Source: the human T2T-CHM13v2.0 reference genome, Homo sapiens. From it: a stretch of 64,000 nucleotides of DNA. The position numbers and the translations under genes were made by a program. The notes under the pieces were generated by a model. The model saw only the letters and a list, made by a program, of their open reading frames with translations, was not told the origin of the DNA and searched no databases. Shown in pieces: positions 12,923 to 30,851 of this stretch. Location of the stretch: NCBI RefSeq assembly GCF_009914755.1, contig NC_060929.1, one strand, 5' to 3'. The number at the start of each line of letters is the position of its first letter. Positions within the stretch are counted from its first letter, which is position 1.

Positions 12923-13186
12923 GCTAGAGCATCAGAAAGGTAAAGAGGCATTTCTGATATATAGTTACTCTTCACAGTGCTTGCAGGTTTTTGTCAAGTA
13001 AGTGAAAACACATGGGTATGTTATGGAACGCTTTATTTACAGTATCTCTTGGATGTTTGATTTGTAAACCACATGCTAACCAGGCCTTGATTACTTTACA
13101 GGTTCATGTTTATTTTATAGAATTAATTCTGCTATGACTTTAAGTTTGCTTTTCTTTCTTCTGGGAAACAAATGTGATTTGGAAGG

Positions 13187-13549
13187 TGCTGTAGTTTGAA
13201 TGTATTCCCCAAAGTTCGTGTGTTGGAACGTAGTCCCCCATGCAGTAGTGTTGGGAGGTGGAGCCTAATGAGTGGTGATTAGGCCACCAGAGTTCTGCCC
13301 TCCTGAATGGGTTAATGTTATTGTGAGAGTGAGTTTGGTAAAAGGATGAGTTCAGCCTCCTTTTCTCTCTCTTTCACCCATGCGATGCCTTTTGCCATGT
13401 TACGGTGCAGTAAGAAGGCCCTCACCAGTTGCAGGCCCCTCAACCTTGGACATCCTAGCCTCCAGAACTGTGCGGAAACAAATTTCTGTTCATCATAAAT
13501 GACCCAGTCTCAGGTATTCTGTTATAGCAGCACAAAACAGACTAAAACA
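13187..13549 (+). mobile_element. MaLR solo LTR (MST family)
   Basis: TGCTGTAGTTTGAATGT...AAGAAGGCCCTCACCAG...CCTCCAGAACTGTG...CCCAGTCTCAGGTATTCTGTTATAGCAGCACAAAACAGACTAAAACA; TG..CA ends. Confidence 0.9.
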
Positions 13550-14104
13550 AATGGAAAAGTTTAAAATCTCCACTGACTAGAGATAAAGCAAGGTTAGCTT
13601 CCCAGGGATTTCAGCTGGAAGTGAGGCTTATAGGAGCCATTGGGAAGGCTGAGTGAACGGGGAACCTTTTTGTGTAAGAAAGGGAACTCTAAGCCTGGAA
13701 ATTCTGAGCTTCTAATCCCTGGGGGTGGCACATGGGGGGCTGGACAGTAAGAATTGATAGATGTCCTCCTTCTCCATTTTTTTTCTCTCCAGGACACCTT
13801 ACAGTGTTATTCATTTATTCGTTTATTCATTCACAATTTTTAGAACTGTTGAATATGTTAGCAGAGATATTATTTGATAGACATAAGTGCACCCAGGTCA
13901 TTCCCAAATTGCAGGGAAACTACCAATCTGTTTAATTTACTTTTGATAAAAGATAGGAGGACATTTTTATTGTTTATTGCTTGGGATCTCCCAAAAAGAA
14001 GATTTCTAATTGGTTGTTCTTTCTCTATTACTACTAAATCTCTGAAGGAAGACATTTTAATTTTTTTAAAAATTAGGGTGGTTTATTTCTTGATAATTTT
14101 TATT

Positions 14105-14221
<117 letters not shown>

Positions 14222-14559
14222 ATAGTTCCTGATAATTTTGTCTCAGTTCTCATATTTTACTGGCAATATGAATTCAATCTTAAGTAATGTTAATGCATAT
14301 CCTATAGTTGTCTCCAAATAAGTAGACTTGATTTGCATATAATTGAAGCAACATATATTTCACATACTTATGCCTAGATTCAGTATCTAGCCAGCAGCTT
14401 GGTATCCTGGCACTTAGAAGATACTCAGTAAATATTTGCTGTTATGACAGGTTTGCATAACATGTCTATACTGTATTGTTTGTCTAAATGAGGAATTTAT
14501 TGTCTGTCTAATTAAAGATCATCTTGGCAGCTTTCAGATGCCATGCAAACATTAAATGT

Positions 14560-14720
14560 TGAGTTTAGATTTGCTTCCATCCCCTGTGGAACCTGGCAAG
14601 TTGTTTTAATTTCTCTGTGCCTCAGTTTCCTCATCTGTAAAATGTAAGTGGAAAATGCATCATCAAAGGATTAAATGATTTAATAGATGGAAACGTACAT
14701 GCTCAAAGTGTGCTCCCATG
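14560..14720 (+). mobile_element. MIR
   Basis: MIR core CTCTGTGCCTCAGTTTCCTCATCTGTAAAATG. Confidence 0.8.
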
Positions 14721-14785
14721 GAGTCAACACCTAAAGGGCAGGGATGGTGATGGCAGAACCCCCCTCATTACTGCTGCCCCTTGGT

Positions 14786-14833
14786 CTGTATCCTTCTTTA
14801 CCTGTATCCTTCTTTACCTGTATCCTTGTCTAC
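14786..14833. repeat. 16-bp unit tandem repeat x3 (CTGTATCCTTCTTTAC)
   Basis: Directly visible. Confidence 0.85.
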
Positions 14834-14884
14834 CTCCTTGCCTGTTCTTTTTCACTTTAACAGAATGTGGATTTAAAATCCTAG

Positions 14885-15226
<342 letters not shown>

Positions 15227-16295
15227 TAGCCCTATTTTCTCTTCAGAATGGGAAAATTCTTAAGTTATCTATATGGAAATACTTCAGTCTATCAATTTGG
15301 GTGGGGACCAAATTAATCCTTGTGTCTGTATACTTAAAAAACTAGTATGTTCTATTGTTTCCAGATATAGCCGAGGTGGGGAGAACATTTGGACTTCTGT
15401 GTTGTATATTTTGCCATCTTGCAGGGGATCTTGGAAGTGTCATTCTGAAGTTACCAAGCATTCTCTTATTTCATTTAGGCTTCCAAGTTGAAGTTGGTCG
15501 TTGCTGCTGCTGTTGCTTGTCTAAAAGCCTGAGGGTTTATAATGCTATCTAGATGGGAAGGAGCTACTTGAAATGTGTTTGAATCTTTATGCTTGCTTCA
15601 GAATGTAGAGTTTGACTTAGCTACCAGGGTCAGCCAACCTTGTGGTCAACCCAGTCCTGTGGGAGTTTAGAAGGGAGGTGAGGAAGAGGAAGTACACTTG
15701 GTACACTGGGTTCACCTAACGTCCCTCAGGCCTCACCGCCTCTACAAAGTTAATGAAATTTTGTGTTCATAAGCTCAGTGAAGCTCAGCTGAGAGGACTA
15801 ACTGGAATGTTGAAGCCATTAGGAATCGAAAACCTGGGCCGCAACTCACGTGCCCACTTTTTAAAAAAATTCTAGTACTTTTCATAGAAGATGTTTGCTA
15901 GTAACCCCTCTATTATTCCTCACCTCCCCAAAAGGGGACCATTGTAATCAGCCAGTCTTGGTCCTTGAGATTGTCACTTTTCTGTTTTTTGCCCCAGTCC
16001 TACACGAAGCAGGCTTCTCAGGGTGGGATGAGGAGCCTGGTAAGATAGTCACATAGTCAGCCTCATGAAATATGACTCCCCATTCACCTGCCCCCTAAAC
16101 TGTGCTTCCTCAGGTAAGATCTAGTAAGGCAGCCCACCAGAGCCTCGCTGCATGTTGAACTCTTAGGAAGTTTGTCCAAGAAATGGTAGTTATAGAGCTA
16201 ATACAAACATGCTTTTGCTCTCATTCTGTTCTCTACTAATGAGTTTTATTTTCCAAAAAGAAACAAAGATACATTTATTTGTAAAGAATATATAA

Positions 16296-16430
16296 GGCCG
16301 GATATGGTGGCTCAAGCCTGTAATCCCAGCACTTTGGGAGGCTAAGGCAGGAGGATTGCTTAAGGCCAGGAGTTCAAGACCATCTGGGCAACGTAGCAAG
16401 ACCTTGTTTCTACAAAAACAAAATAAAAAA
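16296..16430 (+). mobile_element. FLAM_C-like monomer
   Basis: Single left-arm monomer with A-rich tail. Confidence 0.85.
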
Positions 16431-17416
16431 TGAATATATAAAGATAATTTTTTCCTCCATGAGAACCAGGGTCACGTGAGGCCCTTCCCTGCTTTGGCAC
16501 TGATTCTGGTGATAGTCTCAAAAGCTTCCTTCCTCAGTTCTCCAGTCTAATCTTTGCTATTAGTTTGAATTGGTTAACAGGTTGGAGGATTGTGCTTGCT
16601 TATTCCTCTTCACTGGACTCTGCCTGTAACTTTTCACATTAGATTAGGGGAACTCTGAGAAAGAAGTGGAGCTTATAATGTGCTTCTGTATTGTAGCTTT
16701 GATATCTCTGAAAACGTGTACCTTTCTCTGCTAAGCAGGACAAATAAGACAAACCAAACAGGGAGGGACATCCTCATCCTGTGGACATGTGAATATTTCT
16801 AGAAGGTTATGCAAATAATCTAGAAGGTTATAATATCTTTTTAGAAGTTGCCTTTGGGAAGAGGGACTGGGGGCAGGAGTGGGAATGCGATTTGAAATAG
16901 TTTTCACCATATGCCGTATTACCCTTTGAAAAAATAAAGCAAATGTGTGTTTTGGAAAAATATGTTTTGAGAATAATGTGGACAAAATAGAACAGCAGTA
17001 AAATCCATGAGGAATCAGGACTGTATCTTTTGGTCAATGCTGTATCCCCACTGTCTGGTACATAGGTCAACATGGCAGCAGTGATTCTGTGTAGGTAATG
17101 AGATATTTTGTGATTAATATTTTTTCTTCCTCAAATTTTCAGCTATACATGTTTTTATAGTTAGACTGTAACAGTTGAGTTGGAAAAATTGTAAGTTACC
17201 CTTTGCTGCTCAAGATACAAAGTTCTCTTTGGCTACAAACTTTGCCTTATGAAAATTAGTCTGAAAGATAGATCAGTTATTATTGGAAGGATTCAGTGGC
17301 TATCTAATTTTCCAAGTGTGTATGTGTGTACATGCATAGAGAATGAGGGACAGAAATGTTAAGAGGCCCAGGACTCTATAGCTGTTAAACTGTTGTAGTT
17401 AATAATTTGTGAAAGG

Positions 17417-17764
<348 letters not shown>

Positions 17765-18246
17765 TCAACTAGTGTCCATGGGGGAAATAAAGGTTGTGAC
17801 ACGAAAGTGGAGTGTTCTCTTGACTCACAAAGTGAACTCTGAAGAGCCTGTGAAGAGGTGAACTACTCATGACCATTCCTTCATTCAACAGGAGGTGCTA
17901 GATGCCATGTATAAGGTGGAATTTACATAGGGTTTATGACCAAATGCCTTCAGGGGTCAAATGTGATCACAGCCTGTATAAAATAATAGGAAGCTTTGGA
18001 GTGTCTCTCAGCTGGAGAATGCATTTGCTGCTTTCGTCACTCAAATTGGAAGGGAAACATTTGTGAGCAGTGTACAGGCAAAACAAGATAGATTAGTCTT
18101 GTTTAGCATCTTGGAAGCTGCCACTGGCCCCAGCATTATGCTGTAAAATGGAGGTAGCCATGGAAGTACCGTGACCTTAGACCAATGAGAGACGAGAAGC
18201 ACTGTGATAGCAAGACCTGCATCTAGCATCTGAGGACTTAGACTGA

Positions 18247-18808
<562 letters not shown>

Positions 18809-19059
18809 AGCTTCTTTCTACATTTGAAAAGTGGGTTTATGTTTACCCTGTCTCAAAAGAGGGTGAGGTATGGGAGATTGCTCTGAAAATTGTTCAAGTG
18901 TGTGTGTGTGTCTACAGTGGGGAGGGATTTACCACTTATTTGAATAATTCTTTGGTGAAGTCTTATTAGTGTTGAAACGGGTTTATCATTTAATCATTAC
19001 CTCAAAGGCAATGCTACCTTAGCTTTGTGACATATGTTTTAAAATAAATAAATTAATTA

Positions 19060-19638
<579 letters not shown>

Positions 19639-19683
19639 GATATGTGCTTTTTTTTGAAACGGTGTTTGAAATGAGATTTTCCT

Positions 19684-19983
<300 letters not shown>

Positions 19984-20172
19984 GATTTTCCTTTCTCCTT
20001 CAACTTGAAAGGCAACATTTTGCATTTTGGTAGCACTATCTTTGAGACGTAACTTTTTTGAATCCTAATATATGATTTTTAGCCAGATTCTTCCTTGTCC
20101 ATCTTAGCATTTCTTTTACTACGAAGTGTGAATTTTGAAAACAGAAGTTAATAGTAAGAATCTCTGAATTGA

Positions 20173-20367
20173 GGCTGGACCCGGTGGCTCACGCTTATAA
20201 TCCCAGTACTTTGGGAGGCAGAGACGGGAGGATTGCTTGAGCCATGGAGTTTGAGGCCAGCCTGGGCAATGTCAGGAGACTCTGTTTCTACAAAAAATCT
20301 TTAAAAATTAGCTGTACTCTAGCCTGGGTCACAGAGTGAGACTCCATCTCGAAAAAAAAAAAAAAAA
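20173..20367 (+). mobile_element. AluJ with most of the right arm deleted
   Basis: Left arm, then AAATTAGCTG joined directly to TACTCTAGCCTGGG; TSD AATCTCT(G/A)AATTGA. Confidence 0.88.
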
Positions 20368-20896
20368 TCTCTAAATTGAAAAGACTTTAAGAGTAGTTTC
20401 TTTGAGACCCATGCTGTAGGAAAATATTTCATCAAGGGAAACTACTCTGCGAGGGAGGGGACATCTGTATTTTTAACACTGGAGGATAAAGCTTGGGAAG
20501 GCAATTCTGTCTCCTAATCTGATGACAGAGATCCTCTCTTTATAAAGCTTATGGCTTATTCTCAGGAAAAGTAGGGGGGTGAGTGTGGAAGATAGTGTGG
20601 CTGGGGTCACTTAATGCTTGAAAAGGTTTCCTAGGGCTGCTGGGTGTCAACAGCGGGCCAGCCTCCTAGGTTGATTACACGTCCTTGACTATTATCCACG
20701 CCCTTGACTATTATCCACACCAGCATAATATCCCATCTTGGATTAGAGATCATCTAATTCATAGTTGTCAACCTGGCTACCCACTGAAAACTCCAGGAAA
20801 GCTTTACCAAGAAAATGTGTGTTCCCTGGATATTGTCACTATCCTCTGTTTATTTGGGGATAGAATATTCTGGCATAGGTGTTTTTATTTTAAACT

Positions 20897-21392
<496 letters not shown>

Positions 21393-22009
21393 CCTCACTA
21401 AGGTATTCTTTTTCTTTTTCTTTTCTTTTCTTTTTTTTTTTTTGTGTTTTAAACACTTTCAAGCTCTCAAAACCTCAAAGAAGGATACAATGAACATCTA
21501 TTCCCTTCACTTAGCTTTACCACCTGTTGACATCTTGCCACACCATTCCATCTACAGACATTGGGATGGCTCACCCCTAAATCCTTCAGCACACATCTCA
21601 CATACTGAGAAAGACATTCTTCTCTCCAGCTTCATCCTCAGTGTTACCATTACTGTGTGTTCAGTTCCATTGTTCAATATAAATTCCACACTATGATTTC
21701 CCCTGCTATGCTTTATAGCCATGTTTTAGGACCCAGGTAAGTTTCTCGCATTGCCTTTGGCTGTTATTCCTCAAGGCCTTCCCCAGCCTGGAAGAGTGGT
21801 CTCACCTCCCTCTCAATGCAATGACCCTGAATCCTCTGAGGAGTCCAGGCCTGTTTCCTCCAGGTGCATCACATCAGGGGCTACAGTGTCCACCCTCCCA
21901 CTACTGGTGATGAATAGATATTTTTAAAAACCTCCCTAGGAGATTCCAATGTGCAGCCAAGGTTTGAATTCATTGAATTAATTAAATCCACCCTACTTTA
22001 TTTGTATGT

Positions 22010-22895
<886 letters not shown>

Positions 22896-23086
22896 TATAC
22901 CTATCACTTTTTAATGGAGTGAATTGAAGAACACTTCAAAGAATGAAGTATCCATGACTTGAAGGAAGAAGCCAATTAGAATGCCAGCCTTTAGGCTCCT
23001 GTTTGGATTACCTCCTGGGAGGTCATGTGTAAATTCATCTTTTCTTCACACGAGATAAAGAGCAATGGGTATAAAGTCTAGCTGTG

Positions 23087-23383
23087 GCAGCTGGGTGCAG
23101 TGGCTCATGCCTGTAATCCCCGCACTTTGGGAAGCTGAGGCAGGAGGATCGCTTGAGGCCAGGAGTTGGAGATCAGCCTGGGCAACATGGCAAAACCCTA
23201 TCCTCTGCAAAAAAAATACAAAAATTAGCTGGTCGTGGTGGTGTGTGTCTGTAGTCCCAGCTACTTGGGAAGCTGAGATGGGAGGATCACTTGAGCCCCG
23301 GAAGTTAAGGCTGCAGTGAGCCATGATAGTGTCACTGCACTCCAGCCTGGGTGACAGAGTGAGACCCTGTCTCATAAAAAAAA
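23087..23383 (+). mobile_element. AluJ-like
   Basis: Full dimer. Confidence 0.93.
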
Positions 23384-24564
23384 TAGGTGTGGCAAAATTT
23401 ACTTCTTTGTGACTTCAGGTGTGACCTCAGATATGCAGGACAAGGGTCACAGTTTTTCATTTACATTAATCATGACTTTTTAGAATTTTTAAAGTTTTTG
23501 ATTGGTGACTTAAATAGTGCATAGACAACAAGTTGCCTTTGACCTCTATAAATAGTGTAAAACAAAGTAACAGGCTGCCTCTTGGGGCATATGGGATTTT
23601 CAAAATAGAATATTGTTTTGTTAACCTGGCTCATCCAAATACTGTGCGATCTTGAACAAGGTCTTAACTTCCCTAGCTCATGTTGTTTAGCTATAAAATG
23701 GGGATAATAATGGTAATCAGAATGAAATAAGCTAATCTATGTGCTTGGTGCCTGACACATAGAAAGCATTCATTCAGTGCAAGCTATTAATATAATATTT
23801 CCCATTGATTTTAAAGGTGTTTAGACAATTCCAATACACCAGAAACTGATATTTTTAAATGAGTTATTACTCTTTTACAGGAGGTGGCATCTATTTGACT
23901 GTCTTGAGATGAGACTGGCCTGGGGGCTCTAGAATGGTGGTGCTTAACTGGAGCAAAAGGTGGCAGGAGCATGTGAGAGCTCTAGCATAACTGTGGCCTT
24001 AAAGTAAGCAGACGCTATGTATTTCCTAAGGGTGAGTGTTGATAATTTTTATAGATTGCTGAGGCCACAGGGTCCAGATTAAGCAAGTGTGTTCCGAGGA
24101 GTCTGACTTCACTGTGCTTTGACTGAGGTAGATCCAGGACTCAGTTGGCGGCTGTTTTTGAAGGCTGATCATTCTTCCACTCCTTCATTGGAAATTAGCC
24201 AAGAATTATAAAAACAACAGTTTAACTCCATGCAACCAAGTGGTTGTCTCATAATGATTAGTTTGGAGCTTGTGCTAAGTACTCTGTGTGGAGTTCCCAG
24301 GATTATTTAACAAGAGAAAATGTTGGCTCTGCAGGAGAGCCTAGTAAATTTTGAAACGCAGACAATCCTACTTCAGTGGAAAAATCCTGATCTTAACCCC
24401 GAGTCTCTGGTCTGTCTCTGGCTCCCTTGTGCAATCTGGGGGGATTGTGCTTCATGTCTGGTAGAAGAGGACAGGTCTATGAGAAGGAGGCATGTACACA
24501 CAGCTCTAAGAAGTGGGGACCGGCTTCTACACTTTCTGCCAGGTTAATCTCAAATGGTGCAGAT

Positions 24565-24780
24565 AATAACAAACACATATGATGCTTCTATATGCCAGGT
24601 GCTGTTTTAAGCACTTTGTAGGAATCGCCCAATTTAATCCTTGTAACTAAACTCTGAGGTTGGTAATGTTATCCCCATTTTATAGGTGGGAAAACTGAGG
24701 TGCAGAAACATTAAGTAACTTGCCCAAGGTACAGCTAGTAAGTGGCAGAATGAACCAGGCAATGCTACGCCAGGCTTTGT
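24565..24780 (-). mobile_element. MIR
   Basis: CCCCATTTTATAGGTGGGAAAACTGAGG...TTAAGTAACTTGCCCAAGGT.CAGCTAGTAAGTGGCAGA. Confidence 0.85.
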
Positions 24781-25041
24781 GCCTGTCATGCCTGTTGAAT
24801 ACAAGCTAGAAAGACAGCTTTTGGGTACTTGGTACTCTGTCTTCTGAGTAAAGGATTTATCCATTTTATTAGTTTCCTGTTTGTTCCTGCTATAAAAAAT
24901 TACCACTAATCAACTCAGTATAGCCATTAAATTTGGGAAAAAGAAGAATTTTAGACATTCTAAATTTTTTGGCACAGTGACTGTCTAATCATGAACAGCG
25001 ATGTGCATTGCCAGGGAAGAAGCTGTGAGTTACTGGGGTTG

Positions 25042-25092
25042 GCTGGTACCTGCTATTAAAATGGTGCTGGTACCCGCTATTAAAATGGTGCT
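25042..25092. repeat. 24-bp tandem duplication
   Basis: GCTGGTACC(T/C)GCTATTAAAATGGT x2. Confidence 0.9.
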
Positions 25093-25098
25093 TGGTCG

Positions 25099-25533
<435 letters not shown>

Positions 25534-26032
25534 CTAGTGAGAGAGGGCACAGTAAGAGTATCACTGTTTAGAAGAAAGTAACTCATGATGATAATTTACA
25601 CTGTCTCTCAGTGACTTAAAGTGTATTCAGCACATTCTGAATAGGGAAACTGGGAAGCGTGGAATCCTTTATAGAGCAGTTTTCTACCACGTTTACATTG
25701 TAGCACCTGTAGGTTTAGCGAACAGTTAAATGGAAAATAGGCTCATTTAGAAGCTCTTTAATCAGGCAGGATGGCAGGGATATATATTGTTCTTAAAATA
25801 ATTTCTATAGCAACAGGACTTTCTGAAATATATCCATAACTCAGTTAGGAATATCCACTTTCTATTTTTTGCCTTGGGTAATCAAAAACAGAGACCCAAA
25901 TTTGGGACTGAACTGTAGAATTCGTGAGGGGCTTCAATATTGTTTTCAGTGTGTTTATTCCCCCCTGCTTTCATTGTCCTTGTCTACTTTTATTTTCCCT
26001 TTACCCAATTTTAAGATTTCTTTTATTTATAA

Positions 26033-26352
<320 letters not shown>

Positions 26353-28659
26353 CCTAACAGATCTATTTTTGTAAACCTCCTCAAATATTTTTAGGAAAAA
26401 CATGAGATATAATTAAAGTGTTCATTGGACAAGTGAGTGGTTGGACTCCTCTCTGCCCTCAGGGAGCTGATTTTCTGGGAGGCGACATGGCCCACTGGCC
26501 CAGAGCTGGGCTCTGGCTCTGTCATTTGCTAATGCTTAGCTCTGGTTTCCTCTCCTGTGACCTGAAGTAATGAAATTGTAGTACCTGCCTGATGGCATTA
26601 TTAGGACAAAATGGAACAACAAATATAAAGCACTCTCACAGAGAGAGTGCCCAGTGAGAGAAGGAGGAAGCATTCTGTGAAGAGGAGACAGGCTGTGCCC
26701 AGGCCTGGCCTTAATGCATGCATGCACGCAGGATTGATTAGGGAAAGGAGAGCACGGTGCATGGAGGGTCTGGACTGCCATGGGAGGCAAGTATTCTGGA
26801 GACACTGAGGAGGCATTCACAGTCAGACCTTTCCTGCTTCTGCCTCCTCAGCTTTCTTTATCTTCCTGCAGGACTCTAAGCCTCTGCCTTTCTTGCTTTC
26901 TTTCCCTGCATTCGCTTAATCCATCTGGAGACTATGCTAGCTCAGTTAAGTTGGGGGGCTGCCCTCTCTAGTGGTTCCAGCAGGACTGAGGATCGGTTCA
27001 ACACTCATAACACTGGTGACCACTATTCTGGGAGACAGATTCTTCATTAAAATTTTATTGCTTGGTTTCCTTTTTTCTTCTCCATCCTCTTTATTTACTA
27101 CCCTCTGTTATACATAAACTTTTGAAGTCTGAATAGCAAACAGCTGTTAATGTTGCCATTGCAGAACCACGGACACAACTTAAAATAAACTGATTGGTTT
27201 ATAATGACATGGAGAAATGCTTATTCAGGAAGCAAAAAGGCAAGATACACTGTAGGGAAGTTAGAACCTAAATAGTACGGGGAAAGGACTGAAAGGAAAT
27301 GTGTCAAATTGTTAACAGTTGTTTTAGATAGAATGATGTTTCCTGTTCTGTAGTCTTCATTTTTCCCAGAGAGACTTGTAAGTATTATAAGCAAAAGAAA
27401 AAAAAACCCACATTAGTTCTCATATTATTCCTTCTGATTATGAGAGATGAAGTTCTCATCTGCTCGGATTTGACTAGTGTGGGCTAATAGGTCCCAGGTA
27501 GACATTGTTGATGGGATGAATTGCCAATAATCATTTTGCTGGCCTTGCTTTTCGGTTACCTTTTACCTGAGCCTCTGAGCTCCATAACACCACTGTGCCT
27601 CATGGGTCAGTGCGTGCATACCACACAGAAATGTGAGTTGTTCATGCATGCTGGGGTTAGAAACTGGAGGATAGACTCAGTCTGAAGTGGAAATTCTTGG
27701 GTACTAACTTCATGGATCAGTTTCAGAGCAGGTTTTCCCATGGTCTGTGCCAGTATCCTCAGTCTTGATGCTCTCAAGTCAACGGGATTAGAATGTGTTT
27801 GCGCAGTTCTGGGTTTCCCTTCATCGGCATCCAGTCATTTTCAGTGAGCAGAATTGCGGTCAGCTGGCACATCACCAGCAAGGGCCAAATTAGACATAAT
27901 TGCACATCAGTTTCACGTTAAGGTCTGTGGCTTAATGTGCTCTGCAAAAGCATGCCAGGCCTGGAGCTTTGTTCTCCCTGGGAACAGCGTGCCCCAGAAG
28001 AAAGGTTACAGTATAAATCATCATCCAAACCTAGACACCTAGGAAAGGGGGATTCTGTTAGTTTTTCCAAGGCAACCATATAAATTGTGCCAGCCCTGGG
28101 CAAGCCAGGACTTATGGTCACCCTGCCCATAAGGATGGGTCTGTGCAATGACATTCACTTTCCTAGACAGCCTTTACAGCAACCTTTGGAGCAGAAGGGA
28201 AACCAAACAGTTGGAGAGGATGCCACAGCATTCCAGAAAAGGGGAAGCCGGGTTCCTTTTCAGGAAAGTTGAGCTAAAAATAGAACATCACCATTCAACA
28301 GTTGCTCGAGCTCTTCAAACACTGGGGCTTGTGCCATTGTTCCTTTTCTTTGCATTTCTTATGAGTCCTGGCTCCTTTTGCTTTGTGTTGTAAAGGAACT
28401 GGTCTATGTGCCGAGTCTGCTGGGAAGCAGCCCCTTTAATACACGAAGGGCGCTGGACGAGAGGATCACTAAGGCCCCTTCCAGCTCTCACAGCCCATGA
28501 TTTTATAATAGGTAACCTAAGGCCTGTGCTGCATGGGTAATGAGGAAGGACAAGTAGGGGCCCTTCTTGATGAAAGGACAGGGCCCCTGCCCCTCCATCC
28601 TTGGCTGTCACACACTCAATGGCAGGCTCTTCTCTGAGCCAAGCGGGGAAAAACCATGG

Positions 28660-28662
<3 letters not shown>

Positions 28663-28695
<33 letters not shown>

Positions 28696-28700
28696 TGTGT
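28663..28700. repeat. (GT)n microsatellite
   Basis: Directly visible. Confidence 0.95.
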
Positions 28701-28806
28701 GCAGGACTTTACTGAAAAATGAGTTGCATAGTGGAGTGATCAGTACATAATGGGTGGTGGGCACTGAGAGAGAAGAGAAAATAACATTAGAGTTAATCCT
28801 GTAGGT

Positions 28807-28996
28807 CAGGGTTTCTCAGCCTCAGCACTGCTGATGTTTAGGACTGGACAATTCTTGGTTGTGGGGTGCTGACTTGTGCATTGTAGGATGTTTAGTATCA
28901 TCCCTGACACACTCAATTCCAGTTGCAGTCCCCTTCACCTGTGACAACACAAAATGTTTCCAGACATTGCCACATGTCCCCGGTTAAGAATCACTG
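28807..28996. mobile_element. MER20 hAT DNA transposon
   Basis: CAGGGTTTCTCAGCCTCAGCACT...TGTGCATTGTAGGATGTTTAG...CCAGACATTGCC...GTTAAGAATCACTG. Confidence 0.9.
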
Positions 28997-29364
28997 TTAT
29001 AAATAAAGAAACAAAATTGTTTTCTGGACATTTCTTTTTGTGAAGCTGTGTGTTGCCTGGCCAAGCTCCCACCTTAAGCTTTTATAATACCATTTACTGG
29101 ACCAATTAGTGTTGTGACGGTGGGTGGTGATTTAAAATGAAATACCCTCACTTTCATGCTCTTGGATTTGGCTTTGAAATAAAGTGAGCTGAGCTCTCCC
29201 CCCTCCCCTTTCAAGAGTGCATGAATAATGAGGTCTTTCTGCCGGGAATAGGATTATGCTTGTTCCCACAACTTAAAACTATTTTTTCAAAATTTCTACT
29301 GTGACTAGCATCCTAGGTTTTATCCTGACAGAAACGTTCCATTTTAAATGAGGGTTCCCTAGAA

Positions 29365-29520
29365 CAGTGCTTCCCACACTTGAATGCGCGTGTGTCATGT
29401 GAGGATTTGGTGAAATTGCAGATTCTGTTCCCGCAGGTCTGGGCTGGGCCCCGAGACTGCATGTGTAACAAGCTCCCAGGTGATGCCGGCACTGCAGGTC
29501 TCCAGGCCACATTTAGTAGT
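29365..29520. mobile_element. MER5-like
   Basis: TGCAGATTCTG...AGGTCTGGGCTGGGCCC.GAGACTGCAT..TAACAAGCTCCCAGGTGATGC. Confidence 0.8.
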
Positions 29521-30187
29521 GAGGCTCTGCTACGGACCAGTTCTTGACATAAAAGAAAAGTTGGCACATATGTCCAGGAGGATGATGAAAGGCTCTGAGC
29601 GGGGGCAGCATAAGCTTTCAGCAATCTGTTGTGTGCGGGGCTGCTCGCAGACCCTTCTCTGTGCTGGAGGTGAGTCCCTGAGCCCGTCTGCAGCCTTGCA
29701 GGCTGTCAAGCAGTGGGAGGACCAATGCCTGCAGTTCCTTACCTGGCACTGAGGGGAGCATTTTAACAGGACAGCCTGAGACAGATGGCTGCACCCTCTG
29801 AATGGGCACTGAAGGGGCAAACTGGCCCCAGAGAGGCAGCAGCTTGGACTGTTAGACTCTGAGCTATTTGGTGGCTCCCTGGGTGTGGTTTGAGCAGAGA
29901 CTCACAGAGGAGCGCCAGCCCCTCAGAAGGGCTTTGGCCTGCCTTTCTGCTTGCCCAGCTCTGCGGGGTGATGGGCAGCCAGACACCTTCTTTCCTAGCT
30001 CAGTGCTGCCCTTGTTACCCTGAAGCCTTTGTTGCTATGGGTCTGCTGGGTACCTGGGAAGGGAGAAGGAGTAGGGTATGGTATTGGGCACCACGTGAAG
30101 TGAGTAAAATGTTTAAATCTGGTAATGCAAAGGAAGATGGGGAGCCCAGGAACCCACTGTTCTGCGCCAGGAGTTTGCTTTGAATCC

Positions 30188-30489
30188 TTTTTTCTTTTTT
30201 TTTTTTTTTTTGAGATGGAGTTCTGCTCTTGTTGCCCAGGCTGGAGTGCAATGGCGCAATCTCTGCAACCTCCACCTCACGAATTCAAGTGATTCTGCTA
30301 CCTCAGCTTCCCAAGTAGCTGGGATTACAGGTGTGCGCCACCACACCCAGCTAATTTTGCATTTTTTTTAGTAGAGACGGGGTTTCACCATGTTGGTCAG
30401 GTTGGTCTCAAACTCCTGACCTCAAGTGATCCACCCGTCTCAGCCTCCCAAAGTGCTGGGATTACAGGAGTGAGTCACCGTGACTACCC
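30188..30489 (-). mobile_element. AluS-like
   Basis: Antisense dimer. Confidence 0.94.
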
Positions 30490-30568
30490 TGAATCTTAAT
30501 CTGTAAGTGGGCAGCGTCTTTCCATTGCTTACTAAACCAACTTACTTAAAAAAAAAAAAAGGTTTCTC

Positions 30569-30851
30569 AGCCAGGTGTGGTGGCTCATGTCTGTAATCCC
30601 AGCACTGTGGGAGACCAAGGCAGGCAGATCACCTGAGGTCAGGAGTTCGAGACCAGGCTGGCCAACATGGTGAAACCCCACCTCTGCTAAAAATACATAA
30701 ATTAGCCAGGCGTGATGACACAGCTACTCGGGAGGCTGAGGCAGGAGAATTGCTTGAACCTGGGAGACAGAGGTTTCAGTGAGCCAAGATTGTGCCATTG
30801 TACTAGAGCCCGAGTGACAGCGAGACTCTGTCTCAAAAAAAAAAAAAAAAA
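30569..30851 (+). mobile_element. AluS-like
   Basis: Dimer with small deletion and poly(A). Confidence 0.93.
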
